Below, in pieces: positions 52,320 to 64,000 of a DNA stretch of 64,000 nt (position 1 is its first letter; the number at the start of each line of letters is the position of its first letter). Under the pieces are notes generated by a model that saw only the letters and a list, made by a program, of their open reading frames with translations, made no database searches and was not told the DNA's origin. The stretch comes from Tubiluchus corallicola (Eukaryota > Animalia > Priapulida), in the NCBI GenBank assembly GCA_030141605.1, contig JAQGDQ010000840.1, positions 24,856 through 88,855 of the forward strand, in the 5' to 3' direction. The position numbers and the translations under genes are program-made.

Positions 52320-55300
52320 TGTTATCTTAGTGATAAACATTCAGTTATTAGAAGCTTAGGTCATGAACGCCACCTATGAGTCACAAATGTTAGTGTTTTG
52401 CCACTGCACAGCTGTGTTATCTCAGTAATAAACATTCAGTTATTAGAAGCTTAGGTCGTGAACGCCACCTATGAGTCACAAATGTTAGTGTTTTGCCACT
52501 GCACAGCTGTGTTATCTTAGTAATAAACATTCAGTTATTAGAAGCTTAGGCCATGAACGCCACCTATGAGTCACAAATGTTAGTGTTTTGCCACTGCACA
52601 GCTGTGTTATCTCAGTAATAAACATTCAGTTATTAGAAGCTTAGGCCCTGAACGCCACCTATGAGTCACAAATGTTAGTGTTTTGCCACTGCACAGCTGT
52701 GTTATCTCAGTAATAAACATTCAGTTATTAGAAGCTTAGGCCGTGAACGCCACCTATGAGTCACAAATGTTAGTGTTTTGCCACTGCACAGCTGTGTTAT
52801 CTCAGTAATAAACATTCAGTTATTAGAAGCTTAGGCAGTGAACGCCACCTATGAGTCACAAATGTTAGTGTTTTGCCACTGCACAGCTGTGTTATCTCAG
52901 TGATAAACATTCAGTTATTAGAAGCTTAGGCCGTGAACGCCACCTATGAGTCACAAATGTTAGTGTTTTGCCACTGCACAGCTGTGTTATCTCAGTAATA
53001 AACATTCAGTTATTAGAAGCTTAGGTCGTGAACGCCACCTATGAGTCACAAATGTTAGTGTTTTGCCACTGCACAGCTGTGTTATCTTAGTGATAAACAT
53101 TCAGTTATTAGAAGCTTAGGCCGTGAACGCCACCTATGAGTCACAAATGTTAGTGTTTTGCCACTGCACAGCTGTGTTATCTTAGTGATAAACATTCAGT
53201 TAAGAAGCTTAGCCGAACGCCACCTATGAGTCACAAATGTTATGTTTTGCCACTGCACAGCTGTGTTATCTCAGTAATAAACATTCAGTTATTAGAAGCT
53301 TAGGCCGTGAACGCCACCTATGAGTCACAAATGTTAGTGTTTTGCCACTGCACAGCTGTGTTATCTTAGTGATAAACATTCAGTTATTAGAAGCTTAGGC
53401 CGTGAACGCCACCTATGAGTCACAAATGTTAGTGTTTTGCCACTGCACAGCTGTGTTATCTCAGTAATAAACATTCAGTTATTAGAAGCTTAGGCCGTGA
53501 ACGCCACCTATGAGTCACAAATGTTAGTGTTTTGCCACTGCACAGCTGTGTTATCTCAGTAATAAACATTCAGTTATTAGAAGCTTAGGCCGTGAACGCC
53601 ACCTATGAGTCACAAATGTTAGTGTTTTGCCACTGCACAGCTGTGTTATCTTAGTAATAAACATTCAGTTATTAGAAGCTTAGGCCGTGAACGCCACCTA
53701 TGAGTCACAAATGTTAGTGTTTTGCCACTGCACAGCTGTGTTATCTTAGTGATAAACATTCAGTTATTAGAAGCTTAGGCCGTGAACGCCACCTATGAGT
53801 CACAAATGTTAGTGTTTTGCCACTGCACAGCTGTGTTATCTCAGTAATAAACATTCAGTTATTAGAAGCTTAGGCCATGAACGCCACCTATGAGTCACAA
53901 ATGTTAGTGTTTTGCCACTGCACAGCTGTGTTATCTTAGTGATAAACATTCAGTTATTAGAAGCTTAGGCCGTGAACGCCACCTATGAGTCACAAATGTT
54001 AGTGTTTTGCCACTGCACAGCTGTGTTATCTCAGTAATAAACATTCAGTTATTAGAAGCTTAGGCCGTGAACGCCACCTATGAGTCACAAATGTTAGTGT
54101 TTTGCCACTGCACAGCTGTGTTATCTCAGTAATAAACATTCAGTTATTAGAAGCTTAGGCCGTGAACGCCACCTATGAGTCACAAATGTTAGTGTTTTGC
54201 CACTGCACAGCTGTGTTATCTTAGTGATAAACATTCAGTTATTAGAAGCTTAGGTCGTGAACGCCACCTATGAGTCACAAATGTTAGTGTTTTGCCACTG
54301 CACAGCTGTGTTATCTCAGTGATAAACATTCAGTTAAGAAGCTTAGGCCGTGAACGCCACCTATGAGTCACAAATGTTAGTGTTTTGCCACTGCACAGCT
54401 GTGTTATCTCAGTAATAAACATTCAGTTATTAGAAGCTTAGGCCGTGAACGCCACCTATGAGTCACAATTAGTGTTTACTGCAGCTGTTTATCTTAGTGA
54501 TAAACATTCAGTTAGAAGCTTAGGCCGTGAACGCCACTATGAGTCACAAATGTTAGTGTTTTGCCACTGCACAGCTGTGTTATCTCAGTGATAAACATTC
54601 AGTTACTAGAAGCTTAGGTCGTGAACGCCACCTATGAGTCACAAATGTTAGTGTTTTGCCACTGCACAGCTGTGTTATCTCAGTAATAAACATTCAGTTA
54701 TTAGAAGCTTAGGCCGTGAACGCCACCTATGAGTCACAAATGTTAGTGTTTTGCCACTGCACAGCTGTGTTATCTCAGTAATAAACATTCAGTTATTAGA
54801 AGCTTAGGCCGTGAACGCCACCTATGAGTCACAAATGTTAGTGTTTTGCCACTGCACAGCTGTGTTATCTTAGTGATAAACATTCAGTTATTAGAAGCTT
54901 AGGCCATGAACGCCACCTATGAGTCACAAATGTTAGTGTTTTGCCACTGCACAGCTGTGTTATCTCAGTAATAAACATTCAGTTATTAGAAGCTTAGGCC
55001 GTGAACGCCACCTATGAGTCACAAATGTTAGTGTTTTGCCACTGCACAGCTGTGTTATCTTAGTGATAAACATTCAGTTATTAGAAGCTTAGGCCGTGAA
55101 CGCCACCTATGAGTCACAAATGTTAGTGTTTTGCCACTGCACAGCTGTGTTATCTTAGTGATAAACATTCAGTTATTAGAAGCTTAGGCCATGAACGCCA
55201 CCTATGAGTCACAAATGTTAGTGTTTTGCCACTGCAGAGCTGTGTTATCTCAGTAATAAACATTCAGTTATTAGAAGCTTAGGCCGTGAACGCCACCTAT

Positions 55301-55335
55301 GAGTCACAAATGTTAGTGTTTTGCCACCGCACAGC
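52320..55335. repeat. 95-bp satellite, about 32 copies
   Basis: Unit GTGTTATCTYAGTRATAAACATTCAGTTATTAGAAGCTTAGGCCGTGAACGCCACCTATGAGTCACAAATGTTAGTGTTTTGCCACTGCACAGCT. Confidence 0.97.
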
Positions 55336-58140
55336 TTTATCTCTCAGACTTCTTATCGATGAATCAGCTACATCATAGGGATTATAATAATTTCCCCCTT
55401 TGTGAATTTTTAGTCCTTAATTTCAACAATCCATTTGCTCACATCACTGTTTGTGGCTGGAATGTTCATACACCATTTTGCTGTTCGTAAAGAAATTACA
55501 GTTTGTTTTTGGTAAAGTTTCATAGATCACCCCTTTAGTGAAAATGATATGATCTGCTATGCGCTTGCAACTGATAGAGATATAATCGCCAAATCCGTGC
55601 TAAGGCTGAAATACACTACTATACAGAATTTCAAATAATAATTTACTAAAGACCAATTCCACTGTTTGAGTGCAGATTGGCCAGGTGCCAGCGCAGCTGT
55701 TAATTGTTTATTGTATGTACCTGTTGTACAATACAAGTGTGCCGAAGAAGTAACATTTAAATTTTTAATAAATCCTTAAACAATGAATATCCTATATTAG
55801 ACCGTCTATATACTACATAATAATACCTTATCCAAACAAATAAGGGCCTATATTATTTCATTTCGTAATTTTCAAAGTCGAATACACGAGTGATGGTATC
55901 GTAAACGGACCTCTCTCATATGCCTTTTGAAACTTTTAATATAATACAATGAGTAGCATTTTTATTGTCGAAACTGATAGGAATAAATGGCTCGGATAAT
56001 AAACAATCTTAGCGTAACCGATGGAAACACTACTAGTACTAACTACTAATACTATAATATCAAACACAATGGAATTCCCATCGAGCCTAAATTGGAAATT
56101 GCCGTTTATTCGACGAAAACCAGCATTGCGCTACGTTACAGAGAGCAAATTGGTGGTAATGAACCCAAAGTTGTTTAAAAATTATTTAGACTTCTTCAAT
56201 TTTGTCGAACTTCTCTTATCAAAATACATAATTGTTCTTCTGAAGCAACATGCAAAACCAAGCTTTCCCACCAAGCTACCTTAAACTATTTCGGCTATTT
56301 TCTAAGACGTGACACCAAGAATTCTATAGTACACCATAGATACGATTGATCTTTCACTGACGAGAGACAATGATTCAAAAATCGAATAAAATTATAGAAT
56401 ATTTTTTTGACTGAAATGACTGCTAGGTGACCATTACAATCCTTCGTCGCCCCGCGTCAATTATAATGCATTGTGTGTTCATAGTTTATTATATGTATTT
56501 GAAATGAGACAAATAAACTAAACTAAACTTAAACTTGCTAAGAATCTACTTCATTATTTTTACATTGGTACTGCACCCCAGTAAACATAATAACACTTTC
56601 ACAACATCTGAAAAACATTTTGAAAATTTACTTTACTCTCTTGAAACGTTTTGGCAACTTTTCTGAAGCGGTTAATTCATGAAACTAAGTTAAACTATTC
56701 ACATGCAAGCTAAAATGATAAATATTAATGATATAAATCGCATTAATTGTTTGTAAATCACATAAACAGTGGCAAATTGGGATTCACTTTCATAATGAGT
56801 TATGTGCGCGGCGCTTTTGTGACCAGTAATAAAGTTGCAGTTGTTATGTATTAATGCGTCAGACCGTATTGTAAATAAAGTAGTTCGGCAACATGCATGA
56901 TGGTCCAGTGTACTTCGCTATTTCTACTGGGCAGAGATCCAGCTACATCAACATAAATCAGCAGTAACATGTCACAGAACAAAGCCCTGATAAGAAAGTC
57001 AGAAGCAAGTCAAAATTTTAGTTAATTATTTTTAGTCAGATAATCAAACAATTACAAATATTCGAGTCATTTCACAAGACAATGAAGCAACAAACTTATA
57101 ATGCCATCATATGTATGTGAAAAAAATCACATTTTGTTTTTGTGGTTACGTCAGTGTTAGAGTTATGGTTGGTGTTGCGATGATTTTTTTCCTGTAACTT
57201 TTTTCCTGTCAATTTTTCTGTGACTGTGATCAGCTAGTAATCCTGTATTCAGCAAATTAAGCGGCCCGTTCCAAGCATTTTTGAGTCAATTGATCGAGTA
57301 ATTCTATTAACAGAGAATCTGTTAATTGGCGTCTGCTGTATTTGATGATCTTTAATAATTTTTTGTATGATTTTCAAAATGTTATGTCTCTAACAATTTT
57401 TTAACCCCATTAGCAATAAAGCTCAACAAATTTTTCGAAAAACAAAAAATACTTAGCAACCTCTTAAAACACAAAAGTAGTTATAATAATATTAATATAT
57501 ACAATAGTACAGTAGGCTTAATAGACACACGGTTAATAAACTCAATCACTTAATTGATTCAAAAACGCCTAGAACTGACTGCTTCTATTTAAATGTACAT
57601 GAAACTGTCGGTAATTGATTGAAATATCTCCGCATAATTGTCTCAACATATAGTTTTGTATGTAAGCAGGTTATGTTTACAGACAGTTAATGCGCTAATA
57701 GGCTAATGTAGTGGTTTTGCTTTGAAACTGTTAACAAGCTCGTCCATTGCAATTAACCTCGTAATCTGGTATTTTTGTAAGCTAAACGTTAACTGTACCT
57801 TTATAATACATATTACACTCGCTATACCTTCCCAAAAAAACGTGAAGCCCAAAAAGTTATAACTCAAATTATAAGAGATTACATTTAAAGTTCTCTTTAA
57901 CTAAAATTTATTGCAATGATTGAACTAACATCGCACAACGCTAGTCATAGATCAGCGGCGGTTTTGCCTATCGGCATACATATATTTTTAGATGCGCCTG
58001 GTTTCGAACGGATTTCTTTACAGTTTGTGCTTCATGCATGATGGCACATGTGTCTAAGAAATTGGCTTAAAACTTATTTATTAACGGACTATTTGTTTAT
58101 TTACAAAATTAATACAAATTTAATAAGCTTACTTATAAAA

Positions 58141-58264
58141 ATGGCTTTTTTCTGGTTACTTGGAATTGTAACATTTTTTATAAGCATTGTGCAGTTTGTT
58201 AGAATATTATTTTCAGACGGTGATTTAGTTTTGATGTTTGCTGAACGATTTGGAAAACCAATCG
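58141..58264 (+). CDS. DHRS7: DHRS7-like short-chain dehydrogenase/reductase, coding exon 1
   Basis: MAFFWLLGIVTFFISIVQFVRILFSDGDLVLMFAERFGKPI: hydrophobic anchor plus a DGDLxLxxAE motif as in DHRS7; phase-1 donor G|GTAGGG. Confidence 0.8.
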
Positions 58265-58544
58265 GTAGGGCACCTAAAGTGAGACTCACACTTCTTTTTT
58301 AATAAAAAGTAATGGTGGCAAATTGTTTTTCTTAATAACCTCGTAACCAAGCAGTTTTTGTATATTATTATTATCATTCTGTGTTTTTCTTTCGTAAAAT
58401 CGATGGCTTAAAATTAGTTGAGTAAGTAAATAAGTAAATTTGTTTCTCAATTCCATTAGTGATCAAACGTGTTACATGATGAAACTCGGAATTAGAGTCA
58501 AATGAAACTGCATTCAGTAGACAGGATTCCAGTTAATCATAGAT

Positions 58545-58802
58545 TAATCCTACCATGTAATACAAGCACCCAATCCTACCCAGTTTAAGTCTCGTCTCGA
58601 TAGATTTTGGAAAAATAATGCTGAAAAATATATATACCCCAGGTTGCCACAATGGCAACAAGAAACCCTATACTTCGCTTCGTGATCGTAGTGTCACCAC
58701 CCATTATGTATTTTTAATAGTGAAAAGTAAACAAGGAAGAATGGAGAGGTTTATAAGCAAGTATGCTTAACCTCTATCCTTCGACGGTAACGGTAACGGT
58801 AA
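58545..58802 (+). mobile_element. 3' fragment of a CR1/L2-type LINE
   Basis: Encodes QFKSRLDRFWK (typical CR1 ORF2 C-terminus) followed by a short 3' UTR and a (AACGGT)n tail. Confidence 0.65.
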
Positions 58803-58916
58803 TAGAAGGGGAATATACTGGGATACTATTAGTGATGGGTTGATAATAGATTAATAAAATTATTTCAATTTACAACTATGCATAAATAGATATAATCAGC
58901 AATTGAAAACTAGCTC

Positions 58917-59247
58917 AATTAATCAAGAGCAAAATATGTGTTACACTATTAATCAAGAGCAAAATATTTGTTACACAATTAATCAAGAGCAAAATATTTG
59001 TTACACAATTAATCAAGAGCAAAATATTTGTTACACAATTAATCAAGAGCAAAATATTTGTTACACAATTAATCAAGAGCAAAATATTTGTTACACAATT
59101 AATCAAGAGCAAAATATGTGTTACACAATTAATCAAGAGCAAAATATTTGTTACACAATTAATCAAGAGCAAAATATGTGTTACACAATTAATCAAGAGC
59201 AAAATATTTGTTACACAATTAATCAAGAGCAAAATATTTGTTACACA
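58917..59247. repeat. 30-bp minisatellite, about 11 copies
   Basis: Unit AATCAAGAGCAAAATATTTGTTACACAATT. Confidence 0.96.
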
Positions 59248-59652
59248 CATGGCATTCTTGCATTTTTTTCTTTGTTTAACTCACCTTACACAACGCACAC
59301 AATTGCAAACCTCAGTGTTGGAAACTGGTGTCTTACGACATACTTATAGGCTAACATTGCGCTTGTCTATAAAATTACTTTATGAGTCTGAAAATGACAG
59401 ACAGTGAAGAATTTCCTGAGCAAGATTATAGGTTCAAGCACCAGTTGTGTGTAAAATTAAATTCATTGTATTCGTTAATTAATCAATTGGTCAGCAAAGC
59501 TATAAAGTGTTAGGTTAGTCACATAAACAATTGAAAAGTCAGTAAAACAATAGTCTGTTACAATTTCTTTGTTCTTAGTCAAGCTTGTATGATAAGTTTT
59601 GGTTAAAGGAAAAGTCAAACCTCTAATTTGCAGTGAGGGGGATGTTGTAATA

Positions 59653-59976
59653 CAGTCAACCCTCGTTAAACCGGACCCCGTTATCCGGATATCGGATAAG
59701 ACGGACGTCATCCGTGGTAAAGGAAACTGACCGATTTCCGTCCGAGCCCGAGCGCTAAACACAACATGGCCTACCAACTGTACAATAATTTCTTTATTCT
59801 CACAGGTTAACTATTTTAAAGTAATATACAGTATAGTATATAGTGCACAGTATATAGTGCAATGTATATAGGCCTTATTAAGGTGATTATTCCTGTATAA
59901 TATAGACCATATATAGGCATAATCGGCTAAACCGGACACCCCCCCCCAATTAGTCCGGTTTAACGAGGGTTGACTG
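59653..59976. mobile_element. Tc1/mariner (pogo/Tigger-like) MITE, 324 bp
   Basis: Perfect 24-bp TIR CAGTCAACCCTCGTTAAACCGGAC flanked by TA on both sides. Confidence 0.92.
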
Positions 59977-60611
59977 TATCTCAGTAACTATTTAATATGC
60001 TCATGCATAACAGGAGACCAGTCTTCACCATGTCATAACCTTCAAGACACGGCTGTAATAGTGCCTTCTGAATTATCTATTAAATATGTTATAAACTTTA
60101 CTACATTGTTCAGACTCATCTTGTATCTTCAGTGTCTTACGACATACGCATACTTATACGCTAACATTGCGCTTGTCTGTAGAAATATTTTACGAGTATG
60201 AAAATGGCGGACAGTGAAGAAGATTATAGGCTGAATTTCAGTGCTGCAAATCCTGCCATGTTTATTAAATATGGATAAAACGCTAAAAGATTGTTGTAAA
60301 AGATTAATTGTGATATTGAATTACAAAAACAAAACTCGAATCGAATTAGAAAATTCAAAATCGTCCATCACTAGATGCTGTACGCTCTTTTGCAGTAGGC
60401 AAAACTAAATGACTTCCTTTCACTAGGCCTAGAACAACATGTTTTACCTAATTTTTGTTTTCTGTATGTTTATTTTTTGATGAAGCGATTTTAAACGTGC
60501 CTTCGTTTAATTAAAATTACTTTGTCTACTTTTTCTATTTTAGTTTCTGAATGCTGCTAATTGTTTCGTCTGCATTTTTGTTTACAATAATTTTGCAAAT
60601 TTGTCATTTAG

Positions 60612-60761
60612 CATCTCTGAAAGGGCAGGTTGTTTGGATAACGGGAGCTTCAAGCGGGATAGGGGAATATCTGGCTTATGAACTGGCAAAAGTTGGAGCA
60701 AAGCTGGTGCTCTCTGCTAGACGGAAGTCTGAGCTTGACAGGGTAAAAAGAGAATGTCTCG
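60612..60761 (+). CDS. DHRS7: DHRS7-like SDR, coding exon 2 (NAD(P)H-binding TGxxxGxG)
   Basis: [50 protein letters not shown]; the AG acceptor and GT donor keep phase 1 with exons 1 and 3. Confidence 0.9.
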
Positions 60762-61031
60762 GTACAGTATACTTTCATTGTTTTTTTGTAAGATGTCTTT
60801 GTTTATTCGACTTCAGGTGGAATTTAGCAAAAATGAAAATGTAGTTTTCGATTAAAAAGCGAGGCTGTTATAGCGTCTTCCCACTCTGAATTGCCGTTTG
60901 ACGAATAACATTTCAGTTTATTAGTTCAACAGGCATTGTTTAGGACAATGGTGGACGCAGCAAATGACACAACTTTGTTTCGTAATCGGAACTAAAATAA
61001 CATGTAATTTGTTCAGCATTAACAGCATTAA

Positions 61032-61489
61032 CCCTTTCAGTCCCAAATTATTTTGTAATAAGAAAAAAATTTTGGCTTGGTACTTTTGTTCAGTATCTCC
61101 ATCTTGTTTACACATAATAATAATTTTTTTCTACCTGTTCCCGCGTGCTAAATATAGCCTGTATCCCACGGGATACTTTGGGATTCAATGGAAGCATAAA
61201 ATGTGCTTCATTTTGCAACTGCTGATAATTTTTAAAAGTATTTAAGACATTTAGTATGCATGCTATGCTGATCTGTACAAAGTCGTCTCTAAAGTACTGT
61301 ACCTTGCACAGTTTTTTATGCTATGTAGATTTTCTAGTTTGCCATTTTATCACCATTTTTAGTCTATTGTTATTGGCTTAAATCAAAATAACTATTAACA
61401 GATCAAATAACTGTCAGTTTTAAAATTTTATTAATTTTAAAGGCAGAAAATATTCTTGTATCCCACAGGATGCTACGAGTATGAAAGGG
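61032..61489. mobile_element. piggyBac-like MITE
   Basis: TTAA|CCCTTTCA ... TGAAAGGG|TTAA; internal TATCCCAC(G/A)GGAT motifs at ~61163 and ~61459. Confidence 0.75.
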
Positions 61490-62311
61490 TTAACATTTTT
61501 CGAGTACCTCACGTTTTTATAACTATGTGTTTAAATTGAAATAGCAAAGTCACCTGGGATGTGCACATCAGGGTTGAAGTATGACTACATTAATTTACAC
61601 GGATATTTTAATAGATGTAAACTAGATTTTTATAATAATAGATTGTGGATGCGTCCAGTCCTGGCAAAGAAACGGCAAAAATCAGTATTGAACTGCGTGA
61701 TAGACCTGCAATTTATTAAAATAACAAATAACAAAAAGTGCTTGAGAATGTTCTAAATGTTATTACTATTTAGACAAAATAAAAAATTAGATTTAAGAAG
61801 ATTCAAACACAAATTATTACTTCATGATTCTAGAGATTTGAAGCAATTCTAACCAATTTAAACTATTAACTAATTATTAAAGTAGATGGTGACTTACATT
61901 TACTGGTGACAACTTTGGCTTGAAGATACAACTAGTGACTGTTAAATTGTAACAAAATAGACAAAGCAATGCAAGTATCACCAAACGGCATGATCAGCAT
62001 CAGAAAATCTAACTACGTGTAAAAACAAGTGTGACTGATATGTGGCGTATACTACTAAAGCTTAGGTCACATGACTAAGGCTGGCTTCATTATAAACACT
62101 TTCAGGAAATGCATGTTTGTAAAAATACGAAAAAAAAAGAAGAAAAAATTATAGAATGCTAAATTAAATTGCATGACACCAACATAGATTTTCTTTAGAT
62201 ATACTAGATATTACTAGATTTTGACTAGACAATTTAACAATTGATGACATCATCATAATTTTGGTGATGTCATCAATTGTTAAATTAGATGAATCCGACT
62301 TTAAAAACAAC

Positions 62312-62508
62312 TGTTTGAAATAGATTACCCCTGATTGTAGATCTATGACAATTGTTTGAAATAGATTACCTCTGATTGTAGATCTACGACAATTGTTTGA
62401 AATAGATTACCTCTGATATTGTAGAGTCTATGACAATTGTTTGAAATAGATTACCTCTGATATTGTAGATCTATGACAATTGTTTGAAATAGATTACCTC
62501 TGATTACC
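62312..62508. repeat. ~39-42-bp tandem repeat, about 5 copies
   Basis: TGTTTGAAATAGATTACCTCTGAT(A)TTGTAGATCTATGACAAT. Confidence 0.88.
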
Positions 62509-62709
62509 TTAGTAAACATCAAAATGCTTCATTTTTTATAATAATATTGAAAGGGGATTATAATTGTCATTTGTTTAAATTTTAAAATTAAGTCAATTAA
62601 AATGCTTATGAAAAGATTCTACTGTTTATGTTACACCAAGTTAGAAAAGCTATCATTCTGCCCATGCAGTTATGTAATCAGTAGTGAAGATTGTTATTTT
62701 TTCTTTTAG

Positions 62710-62816
62710 TAAGAGGTCCAGTATCAGAGGATGATATACTCATCTTGCCTTTAGATATGACCAGTATGGAAACTCATCATTCAGCGTTGGATACAGTCAT
62801 AGAACATTTTCAGCAG
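62710..62816 (+). CDS. DHRS7: DHRS7-like SDR, coding exon 3 (gene continues beyond the window)
   Basis: VRGPVSEDDILILPLDMTSMETHHSALDTVIEHFQQ; TTTTAG acceptor in phase 1 and CAG|GTTTGT donor in phase 0. Resembles the DILVLPLDL..H....V...F segment of DHRS7. Confidence 0.85.
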
Positions 62817-62935
62817 GTTTGTATGAACTCATTTTATTTATTTTTTTTTGTTACTGTGACTTTCATAACATCGTGTATTTATTATTGCATGAAAACAAAA
62901 GGAAATTTTCAAATAGTGTAAAAAAGATGTTGACT

Positions 62936-63607
62936 ATATATGTGCGCAAGCGTAGCAAAATCGTCCATAAGTCGATAATAAAGCTTTTCTAGTTAGTTAT
63001 TCTGAATATATATCCTGAATATCTCCATTTCATCAGAATCATTTTGATACCAAGTTCATCTCTCTATGTTATTTCTAAGCTGAGATAATCCACGTTGAAG
63101 TTGAGGTGCAGGCTGCTCACTGAAAAACATAACCTTGAGAAAATCGCTGTTAAAGTTAGCCATTGTTTCTTGTCACGTTTCAACAACATACGAAACTGTG
63201 GTTGCTATGGATTTTACAAGAGCAAATTGAAGTTATGTTTAAATCTGGTAGATGGCTCTTCCTAACGAGGGTCTAGTCTTGTCAACAGAAAAAAAGCCAA
63301 AGCGAATTGACTGCTTCCACAAGCTACAATCGGAGTTAGAAAATACAATTTTTTTTACATTTGCATTACTAGTTTCTAGATAGAAAAGTGGGTAAGGAGT
63401 CATAAAATTAGATTTTCAGTATTTTTCGGACTTTTTCCTGATAATTTGATGCTAGAATATAAAAGTCAAATACATTTAGCATTTGTTTTCATAAAAATTA
63501 AAAACTCGACATTTGACCAAATTTTTGGGACATTCTACTTTGGAGCATCTTAATGTAGTCTTAACAATGCTGTGTTATGGACGCTTTTGGTTTACACGAA
63601 CACATAT
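62936..63607 (+). mobile_element. Dispersed non-autonomous DNA element (family of 43195-43932 and 30900-31365)
   Basis: Begins TATATATGTG and ends CACATATG; internal blocks match both other copies. Confidence 0.75.
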
Positions 63608-64000
63608 GCTGGTGTGTTACCTTTCATGAGTTAAATTTCTGTTTTTGGTTACTTGCTAGCAAACCAAAGTTTAAAAAGAAGTCGATCTCATAGTTCATGT
63701 AATGAAAAGTTTCTTTATGAAAAGACAGATAATGAGATGTAGTTCTAAATGACATATCCAGCCAGAGTTGTATTAGAAGTACTCAGTATGTATGTAACTC
63801 AATGTGTTGCCATTACAGACTAGTTTTTATCTACGGTTATACATGTGAGTGAAAACCATGGCATTTTTTCTTTTGCCGTTGTGTTTTACTGAATTTTGTG
63901 TCACTGTCTAGAAATTCAACTGTTTAACACAGCTGTAATTGTAAATTGTAAGCTCTTCTTTGCTGGAGTCTTTTGCTTTTATGCTTCTTCAAAATACCGA

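Larger units (their letters stand above)
58830..60373. mobile_element. Non-autonomous hAT-like element hosting a minisatellite and a nested MITE
   Basis: Termini TAGTGATGG ... CCATCACTA with imperfect 8-bp flanks GATACTAT / GATGCTGT. The right part (60190-60373) resembles ~33455-33630. Confidence 0.6.

Noticed and set aside
50890-54545. Locally deletion-riddled monomers (50890-51060, ~53195-53245, 54465-54545) as biological hypervariable units
   Set aside because: Clustered small deletions and homopolymer runs inside otherwise uniform arrays look like unpolished long-read consensus error.
35811-55335. 29-, 46- and 95-bp arrays as CRISPR-like repeat-spacer arrays
   Set aside because: Units are head-to-tail with no unique spacers, there are no cas genes, and the context is eukaryotic. 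These are ordinary satellites.

Overview
AT-rich, repeat-dense animal genomic DNA. It is probably a lophotrochozoan invertebrate, inferred from a Meta/MESC-like SINE and a KRAB-less C2H2 zinc-finger expansion. The standout feature is an intronless 988-aa ORF (14083-17049, minus) fusing about 13-14 ankyrin repeats to a cGAS/Mab-21-family nucleotidyltransferase (cGLR) with an intact G-S...E-h-D...D catalytic signature. Its near-identical N-terminal ankyrin repeats differ mainly at ligand-binding positions. It is preceded by about 8-9 small, tandemly duplicated, ATG-free 5'-UTR exons leading back to a TATA box near 25150. It is followed by a partial tandem duplicate that breaks exactly at a splice donor and encodes an ankyrin-only protein (11636-11992). 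The window also holds three single-ORF C2H2 zinc-finger genes interleaved with 29-, 46- and 95-bp satellite arrays, the first three coding exons of a DHRS7-like SDR gene, and a likely first exon of an N-myristoylated protein beside an RFX X-box. Decayed calcium-binding-EGF exons and many MITEs, SINE/LINE fragments, minisatellites and microsatellites are also present. All calls come from reading the sequence; no searches were run and many repeat boundaries are approximate.
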